Below, in pieces: positions 57,263 through 64,000 of a DNA stretch of 64,000 nt. How positions within the stretch are numbered: the stretch's first letter is position 1; each line of letters opens with the position of its first letter. This DNA comes from an uncultured Chloroflexia bacterium (GTDB taxonomy: Bacteria; Chloroflexota; Limnocylindria; Limnocylindrales; CSP1-4): NCBI GenBank assembly GCA_963752475.1, contig CAVVYR010000007.1, positions 480,001-544,000 on the forward strand, written 5' to 3'. Both the position numbers and the translations under genes were made by a program. The notes under the pieces were generated by a model. The model saw only the letters and a program-made list of their open reading frames with translations, did no database searches and was not told the DNA's origin.

Positions 57263-57706
57263 ATGCGCGTCCTGCTCCAGCGAGTGACCCGCGCCCAGGT
57301 CACGGTCGACGGCGAGGTCGTCGGCTCGATCGGCCCCGGGACCGTGGCGCTCGTCGGCGTGGGTCCTGACGACACCGCCGAGATCGCCACCACGCTGGCG
57401 AACAAGTCATGCGATCTACGCATCTTCCGAGACCAGGACGGTCGCACCAATCGCTCCCTTGTCGACACCGGCGGGGCCATGCTCGTGATCAGCCAGTTCA
57501 CGCTCTATGGCGACACCCGCAAGGGCCGCCGGCCCTCGTTCATCGGCGCCGCTCCACCGGACCTCGCAGCAGAGCTGGTCGAGCTCTTCGCCGAGGCCGT
57601 GGAGTCGCGTGACATCGAGGTGGGCCGTGGCCGATTCGGAGCGGAGATGGCCGTCGAGCTCGTCAACGACGGGCCCATGACCATCTGGCTCGACAGCGCC
57701 GCCTAG
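57263..57706 (+). CDS. dtd: D-aminoacyl-tRNA deacylase
   Basis: MRVLLQRV, SQFTL, KGRRPSF, NDGP. Confidence 0.97.
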   Translation: MRVLLQRVTRAQVTVDGEVVGSIGPGTVALVGVGPDDTAEIATTLANKSCDLRIFRDQDGRTNRSLVDTGGAMLVISQFTLYGDTRKGRRPSFIGAAPPDLAAELVELFAEAVESRDIEVGRGRFGAEMAVELVNDGPMTIWLDSAA

Positions 57707-57709
57707 CGC

Positions 57710-58588
57710 ATGGCTGTCAGCCCGCTGCTGACCCGCGTGCGCAACCGCGTCGGGCGGCTCCGACAGCGACGCTGGCGCATGGCGCCGTACGCCTCCGGAG
57801 AACGCCACATCGTCATGGGCGGCGCGCCGCGTAGCGGCACGACCGTCCTGCGCCGACTCTTCGACCGCCATCCCGAGATCTGTTCCGGCGCTGAGACCAA
57901 GCTGTTCGTGCCGGCGGCCTACAACCTCGAGTGGCTGGCCCAGGCGTACGATATCCCGCTCGCGGACATGACCGCCATGCTCGACGGAGCAGCCTCACAG
58001 GCGGCCTTCATCGATGCCTTCGCGGCGCGGGTCCGCGCCGATGCCGGCAAGGTCCGGTGGGCCGAGAAGACGCCGCAGAACATCCGCAACCTCGACTGGA
58101 TCACCGAGCGCTTCCCGCAGGTCTCGATCATCCACATCATCCGCGACGGCCGCGACGTGGTCTGCTCCATGCGTCAGCACCCCGACTGGCGTTGGATCGA
58201 CGGGAAGTGGCAGAAGGTGATGGTGCCGCGGTCGGTGGAGTCATACGCTCGTCGCTGGCTGGCAGACGTGGCTGCCGGCCTGGCCTGGCGCGAAGACCCG
58301 CGCTACGTGGAGGTGCGCTACGAGGACCTGGTGGCGGATCCGCGCACGGTGCTGCGCTCCATCTGCGACGGCATCGGTGCTGGGCACGAGGCGACGTGGT
58401 TGGAGCAGGTGGCACGGACCGAGCCCCCCGATGGACCTGACGATGAGCAGACGAAACGCCCCGACTACGAGGGCGCGGTGAGCGCTGTCTCGGTGGGGCG
58501 TTGGCGTACGGACCTCAGCGCTGACGAGCAGGCCGAGGTGGAGCGGCTGTGTGGGCCGCAGCTGCGTGAGCTGGGCTACGAGCGCTGA
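57710..58588 (+). CDS. PAPS-dependent sulfotransferase family protein
   Basis: GAPRSGTT (5'-PSB), EKTP, IRDGRDV..S (3'-PB), VRYEDLV, GRWR. Confidence 0.9.
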   Translation: MAVSPLLTRVRNRVGRLRQRRWRMAPYASGERHIVMGGAPRSGTTVLRRLFDRHPEICSGAETKLFVPAAYNLEWLAQAYDIPLADMTAMLDGAASQAAFIDAFAARVRADAGKVRWAEKTPQNIRNLDWITERFPQVSIIHIIRDGRDVVCSMRQHPDWRWIDGKWQKVMVPRSVESYARRWLADVAAGLAWREDPRYVEVRYEDLVADPRTVLRSICDGIGAGHEATWLEQVARTEPPDGPDDEQTKRPDYEGAVSAVSVGRWRTDLSADEQAEVERLCGPQLRELGYER

Positions 58589-58598
58589 GCGGTCTCGC

Positions 58599-58796
58599 CT
58601 AGGAGGCGGCCTTCATCATCGTCCGGCGGCAGCGCGTGCAGATGAGCGTGCGCGTGACCTTGCCATTCTCGTAGACCTTGAGCTGCTGCAGGTTGACGTT
58701 GTAGCGGCGCTTGGCTCGAACGCGGTTCATCCCAGAAGACTGGGGATTGAAGCCGCCCATCGAGGACTTGCCGCACTTCGTGCAGGAGCGAGCCAT
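58599..58796 (-). CDS. rpmB: 50S ribosomal protein L28
   Basis: MARSCTKCGK..KRRYNVNLQ..ICTRC; divergent from the DAK2 gene. Confidence 0.93.
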   Translation of the reverse strand: MARSCTKCGKSSMGGFNPQSSGMNRVRAKRRYNVNLQQLKVYENGKVTRTLICTRCRRTMMKAAS

Positions 58797-58954
58797 GATC
58801 TTCCTCAGGAGTACATGAAAAGGGGACGGTCGGAACTACGACCGCACGGCCGCGTACTATACCATCGGCCCCGCGAGAACGGAGGAAACCGAGCCATAGC
58901 ACGCTACTTCGAGGCCAGGTCGCGGCGCCCGCGCCCAGCGGCGAACACCACCCG

Positions 58955-60643
58955 ATGACGCGCCTGACAGTCGATGGCCCCACGCTCATCCGGGCCGTTC
59001 GCGCTGCCACGCGGAACCTCGAGCGACACGTCGATGAGGTCGACTCGCTCAACGTGTTCCCCGTACCCGACGGCGATACCGGCTCCAACATGCTGGCCAC
59101 GATGAAGGCCGCGCTGGCCGAGGCAGAGGCGTTGCCGGACGGCCAGCGGGACCTGGACTCCGTGGCCGATGCCCTCAGCCAGGGCGCCCTCACTGGCGCC
59201 CGAGGCAACAGCGGCGTCATCCTCTCCCAGATCATCCGCGGTATGACCCATGGCGCCGACGGCAAGCGTCGCGCCAGTGGCGTCGAGCTGGCGGAAGGCC
59301 TGCGCAAGGGCTCGGAGGTGGCCTACGAGTCGGTGCTCACGCCGGTCGAGGGCACGATCCTCACGGTCATCCGCGACGCCGCCGATGCGGCCGAGACGGC
59401 CGCCGGCCGCCAGCCCCACGTGGAAGCGGTGTTGGCCGAGACCATCGAGGCTGCCGCCAGCTCCGTACGGCGCACACCCACACTCCTGCCCGTGCTCGAG
59501 GATGCCGGTGTCGTGGACTCGGGCGGCCAGGGCCTCTACCGCGTGCTCGAGGGCATGTTGCAGGTCCAGGGCGGCGCCCGACGACCGCGACCTCCACGAC
59601 CGCGCGAAGCTCCGGCCTCGGAGGTCGTCGCCACCGCTACGGGGCACATCGTCCACGCCCCCACCGACGCGGCGGTCGGCGAACACGGGTACGAGACCCA
59701 GTACATCGTCAACTCGCCCGAGGCCGACATCGACATCGCCGCTCTGCGAGAAGCCGTCCAGGCCGTGGGCGACTCGGTCGTGGTCGCGGGTGACGAGAAG
59801 CTTGCGCGTGTCCACGTGCACGGCGAGCGACCCGACATGGCCATCGCGGTGGGCCTGCGGTGGGGTCGGCTCAGCAGCGTGGAGGTCCTCGACCTCGACG
59901 ACCAGGTGGCGCACAACACCGCCCACGACCACGACCACGACAATGACGCGCACGACTCCGCAAGCACGGCAGTGACGCCGGCCGAGACCCCCGCCATCGC
60001 CATCGTCGCGGTCACCGGCGCTTCCGGCATCGGCGACGTCCTGGCCTCCTTCGGTGCGCGTGTCGTCGTCCCCGGTCACGGCAGCCGGCCCTCGGTGGGC
60101 GAGATCGCCGAGGGCATCCTGGCCTGCGGTGCCAAGGAGGTCATCGTCCTGCCCAACGACCGTGACGCCATCCTGGCTGCCAACCAGGCCTCCGCGCTGA
60201 CGCCTCTGGTCGGTGTCGAGGTCGTACCCACGCGCAACGCGGCGGAGGGGATCGCGGCCGCCTTCGCCTTCGACGCCGACGCCTCCCTGGAGGACAACGT
60301 CGAGGCCATGCGCGCCGAAGCGGAGGCGCTGCGCTCATTCCGTGTCATCACGGCTGCCAAGGACTCGGTCGTCGATGGCGCGGACGTCGAGCAGGGTCAG
60401 ATCCTGGCCATCGATGCTGGCCGCCGCCTGCTGGCCGCCGGGGAGGACGTCGAGGACGTGACCGTCAGGGCGCTCTCGACCTATCAGGACTTCGAGTTGG
60501 TCACGCTCTACTGCGGTGACAGCGAGGGCGCCGGCGCCAGCTCCCAGCTCTGCGAGCGCATCGAGCTCAGCGGGTTCGGCGCGGAGGTCGAGATCATCAA
60601 CGGCGGCCAGCCGCACGACCACCTGCTGGTCGCGGTCGAGTAG
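58955..60643 (+). CDS. DAK2-domain protein (fatty acid kinase FakA/YloV-like)
   Basis: LNVFPVPDGDTGSNM, GARGNSGVILSQ, PVEGTILTV, VVDSGG, GGQP. Confidence 0.95.
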   Translation: MTRLTVDGPTLIRAVRAATRNLERHVDEVDSLNVFPVPDGDTGSNMLATMKAALAEAEALPDGQRDLDSVADALSQGALTGARGNSGVILSQIIRGMTHGADGKRRASGVELAEGLRKGSEVAYESVLTPVEGTILTVIRDAADAAETAAGRQPHVEAVLAETIEAAASSVRRTPTLLPVLEDAGVVDSGGQGLYRVLEGMLQVQGGARRPRPPRPREAPASEVVATATGHIVHAPTDAAVGEHGYETQYIVNSPEADIDIAALREAVQAVGDSVVVAGDEKLARVHVHGERPDMAIAVGLRWGRLSSVEVLDLDDQVAHNTAHDHDHDNDAHDSASTAVTPAETPAIAIVAVTGASGIGDVLASFGARVVVPGHGSRPSVGEIAEGILACGAKEVIVLPNDRDAILAANQASALTPLVGVEVVPTRNAAEGIAAAFAFDADASLEDNVEAMRAEAEALRSFRVITAAKDSVVDGADVEQGQILAIDAGRRLLAAGEDVEDVTVRALSTYQDFELVTLYCGDSEGAGASSQLCERIELSGFGAEVEIINGGQPHDHLLVAVE

Positions 60644-60646
60644 CGC

Positions 60647-62867
60647 GTGGGGCGAGCGGCCGGCGGAGCCGACGGACCACGTGACCTGAGCACGCCCATC
60701 GGTCGCTCGGGTCTGCCCGGCATCACCGCGTTGAAGCGTCACGGACGACGGCTGGGCATCGCCACCGTGGGCGACCTGCTCACGACGTTCCCGCGTCGCT
60801 ACGAGGACCTGCGCGAGTTCACGCACGTCAGCCACCTGGCCAAGCTCGAGCCCAAGACGCCCGTGACCGTGCGAGTCACGGTGGCCTCGCTGCGCGTCGA
60901 GAAGACGTTCCGCCGGAGGGTACAGCGCACGATCGCCGTCCTGGAGCAGGACGGTGCCGAGTGCGAGGCCGTCTGGTTCGGCCGTCGCTTCATCGAGCGT
61001 CAGATCAAGGAGGGCGACAAGCTCATCCTCAGCGGCAAGGTCAAGCTGCGCGGCTGGCAAGCCCAGCTGGACAACCCCGAGTTCCAGCGCGACGACGGTG
61101 GAGACCTGCTGCACGCCGGGCGCATCGTGCCCATCTACCGCTTGACGCGTGGGGTCACGGCCAAGTCCTTGCGCACGGCCATCCGTAGCGGGCTCGATGA
61201 CTACGGCCGCCACCTGGAGCCCGACTACCTGCCGGACGAACTGCGCGGCGCATACCCGAGCATCCGCGAGGCCATCACCGCGGCCCACTTCCCTGACGAC
61301 TTCGACCAACGCGACGCGGCGGTGCGGCGCCTCGCCCACGACGAGCTGTTGGCCCTCCAGATCGGCATGGTCCAGCGTCGGCGGCAGCGCGATGAGGAGA
61401 CCACGCGCGCCCCACTCCAGGTGGACGAGGCCGGAAGCGGGCGGCTGATGGCCTCGATCGTGACCGGCCTCACCCGCCGCGTCGGCCGCCCGCTCGAACT
61501 GACCGATGACCAGCAGGCCGCCATGCGCACGATCCGCGAGGACGTCGCCGGCAGCGTGCCCATGCTGCGGCTCGTCCAGGGTGACGTGGGGTCGGGCAAG
61601 ACCGCCGTCGCCGCGTACGCCCTCGGAGTGGCCGCGATGAGCGGCGGACAGGGAGCGCTGCTGGCACCGACCGACCTGCTGGCACGCCAGCTCGCCGAGA
61701 CCGTCGCGGACCTGCTCGATGACGCGGGCATCGCGGTGACCCTGCTCACCGGCTCGCTCAGCAGCGCTGGTCGCAAGACCGCCAACGAAGCTGTGGCCAC
61801 GGGGCAGGCGCAGGTCGTGATCGGCACGCATGCCCTGCTGCAGGCGTCGGTCTCGTACGCGCGCCTCGACCTTGTCGTCATCGACGAGCAGCACCGCTTC
61901 GGCGTGGCCCAGCGCGAGGCGCTCGCGGCCAAGGGCGTCAGCCCGCACGTGCTGCTGATGACGGCCACGCCCATCCCGCGCACGCTGGGCCAGGTGCTCT
62001 ACGCCGACCTTGACGTCTCCGACCTGCGCTCAGCGCCTTCGGGCCGGCCCGAGATCGTCACCGGCGTCAAGGCGCCAGGCGATCTCGCGAGCACGTGGCA
62101 GCGGGTTCGCGCCGAGGCCGCGGCGGGCCACCGCACCTTCGTGGTCGTGCCGCACATCGACCCGCAGGGCTCCGAGGACGGGGACGACAGTGCCGAGCTG
62201 CCGCCGTCACTGCCGGCCGCCGAGGGCTATGAGGAGGCGAGGGGAGCGGAGGAGGTCCACGAGCGTCTGCTCGCGGCAGCTGGCACCGGCTCGCGTGGGG
62301 CTCGTGCACGGCCGCATGCGGGCCGACGAGCGTGACGCCGAGATGTCCCGCTTCCGCGACGGCGAGGTCGACGTGCTCGTAGGCACGACCGTGGTCGAGG
62401 TCGGCGTGGATGTACCCGAGGCGACGCTGATGATCGTGCTCAACGCCGACCGCTTCGGCCTCTCGCAGCTGCACCAGCTGCGCGGTCGCGTCGGTCGTGG
62501 CACGGCCGAGTCGTTCTGCGTCCTGGTAGCCGACATCGGCGAGGACACCACCGCTCGTGCCCGGCTCAAGGCCATCCACGACTCCAGCGACGGCTTCGCG
62601 CTGGCCGAGGAGGACTGGCGTCTACGCCGCGAGGGTGACGTCCTGGGCCTGAGCCAGAGTGGTCTGCCGCGGATGCGTCTGGCTTCGTTGACGAACGAGG
62701 CGGATCGTGAGCTGGCCGTGCACTGCCGGAGGCTGGCCGAACGGATCGTCGACGTTCATGGTCGCCTCGAGCCGACCTACCCGGGCCTCGAACGCGCGCT
62801 CACCGACGGGTGGCTGGCACAGGTCGCCGCCGGCGAGGGTAGCGACGAGGAGTCGATCGGTGCCTGA
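60647..62867 (+). CDS. recG: ATP-dependent DNA helicase RecG (+1 frameshift near 62275)
   Basis: QGDVGSGKT, DEQHRFG, MTATPIPRTL; then HGRM, TTVVEVGVDVP, QLHQLRGRVGR in the next frame. Confidence 0.94.
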
Positions 62868-63462
62868 CGCCGGACGCGTCGTGACCGGCGTCGCGGGCGG
62901 TCTGCGGCTGGAGGCTCCGGGACCGGGGACGCGTCCGCTCTCCGACAAGGTCAAGCAGGCCCTCTTCTCGATGGTCGAGGCTGAGCAAGAGGATGTCTGG
63001 GACCGACCGATGCTCGATCTCTTCGCCGGCTCCGGAGCCGCCGGCATCGAAGCCCTCAGCCGCGGTGCGCCAACGGCGGTGCTGGTCGAGAAGGACCGTC
63101 GAGCGATCGCTGTCATCCGGCGCAACCTCGAGCGCACACGCCTGTCTGCCGACGCGATCGTGGTGCGCAAGGACGTGCCCAGCTGGCTCGCGGCCGGACC
63201 TGCCTCGCCGGCTCCCTTCGGCTGCGTCGTGCTCGATCCGCCCTATCCGCAGGCCGCCGACCTGCTCGCTGCCCTCGGGTCGCTCGGAGCATCGAGCAGC
63301 GGCTGGCTGGACGCTGATGCCGTAGTCGTGGCCAAGCACTTCTGGAAGGACGCTCCGCCTGAGCGCATCGGCGACTTGGTGCGCGAACGCGACAGGCGCT
63401 TCGGTGAGACCGCCCTGAGCGTGTATCGTCGAGGACCGGAACACGCAGAGGGAGGCCGCTGA
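62860..63462 (+). CDS. rsmD: 16S rRNA m2G966 methyltransferase
   Basis: TRPLSDKVKQALF, LDLFAGSG..GIEALSRGA, DPPY; between recG and coaD. Confidence 0.93.
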   Translation: MPDAGRVVTGVAGGLRLEAPGPGTRPLSDKVKQALFSMVEAEQEDVWDRPMLDLFAGSGAAGIEALSRGAPTAVLVEKDRRAIAVIRRNLERTRLSADAIVVRKDVPSWLAAGPASPAPFGCVVLDPPYPQAADLLAALGSLGASSSGWLDADAVVVAKHFWKDAPPERIGDLVRERDRRFGETALSVYRRGPEHAEGGR

Positions 63463-63959
63463 TGCGAGTGGCCGTCTATCCCGGATCGTTCGACCCCATC
63501 ACACGCGGCCACATCGACGTCATCGACCGCGCCCGGAGCGTATTCGACCGTCTCGTCGTGGCCGTGCTCATCAACACGCGCAAGACGCCCTCCATCCCGG
63601 TCGACGAGCGAGCCGACCTCATCCGCCAGGCCATCGCCGAGGAGCTCGGTCCGGAGGCAGCCGCAAGCGTGGAGGTCGTGACCTACGAGGGTCTTACCGT
63701 GGAGCTGGCTCGTGAGCGTGACGCGGCCTCCATCGTCCGCGGCCTGCGAGCGGTCTCCGATTTCGAGAGCGAGCAGGCCATCGCCCATCTCAATCGTCAG
63801 CTGGCACCGGAGGTGGACACGGTCTTCTTCATGACCGGCATCGAGTACGCCTACCTCAGCTCCAGCCTGGTGCGAGAGATCGCGGCGTTCGGCGGTGACC
63901 TCAGCGCGATGGTGCCCGATGTCGTCGCGCGCCGGCTGAGAGAACAGCGCACCGAGTAG
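63462..63959 (+). CDS. coaD: Pantetheine-phosphate adenylyltransferase
   Basis: YPGSFDPITRGH, RGLRAVSDFE, LSSSLVRE. Confidence 0.98.
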   Translation: MRVAVYPGSFDPITRGHIDVIDRARSVFDRLVVAVLINTRKTPSIPVDERADLIRQAIAEELGPEAAASVEVVTYEGLTVELARERDAASIVRGLRAVSDFESEQAIAHLNRQLAPEVDTVFFMTGIEYAYLSSSLVREIAAFGGDLSAMVPDVVARRLREQRTE

Positions 63960-64000
63960 GGCTGTTCTCGACGCGTCCGTTACAGTAGGGGAGCAGGCGA

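Overview
High-GC bacterial chromosome segment, mostly housekeeping. Gene content and order (uvrC, rapZ-yvcK-whiA, tpiA-gpmI-secG, rpsF-ssb-rpsR, ileS-lspA-rluD-gmk-priA-def-fmt-rlmN-rpe, rpmB/DAK2-recG-rsmD-coaD) suggest a monoderm lineage, plausibly Chloroflexota (inference). It holds eight tRNA genes and a tRNA-flanked variable region (~27.9-36.6 kb) rich in secreted-protein paralogues, remnants and a 2.8-kb tandem duplication. No integrase, transposase, CRISPR array or rRNA is visible. Most notable: (1) a c-di-AMP (ydaO/yuaA) riboswitch ahead of an uncharacterised MFS transporter, with an expression platform that looks like a translational ON switch; (2) an unannotated 157-197 nt in-register rod-shaped palindrome upstream of tpiA with 6S-RNA-like geometry; (3) five Sec-exported RTX-repeat paralogues (three intact, one frameshifted, one orphan C-terminal remnant) with a shared 5' leader and variable C-termini; (4) a type-2 IleRS with the GVHH signature; (5) widespread leaderless gene starts. 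Seven +1 frameshifts in priA, fmt, recG and a small gene are probably consensus errors.
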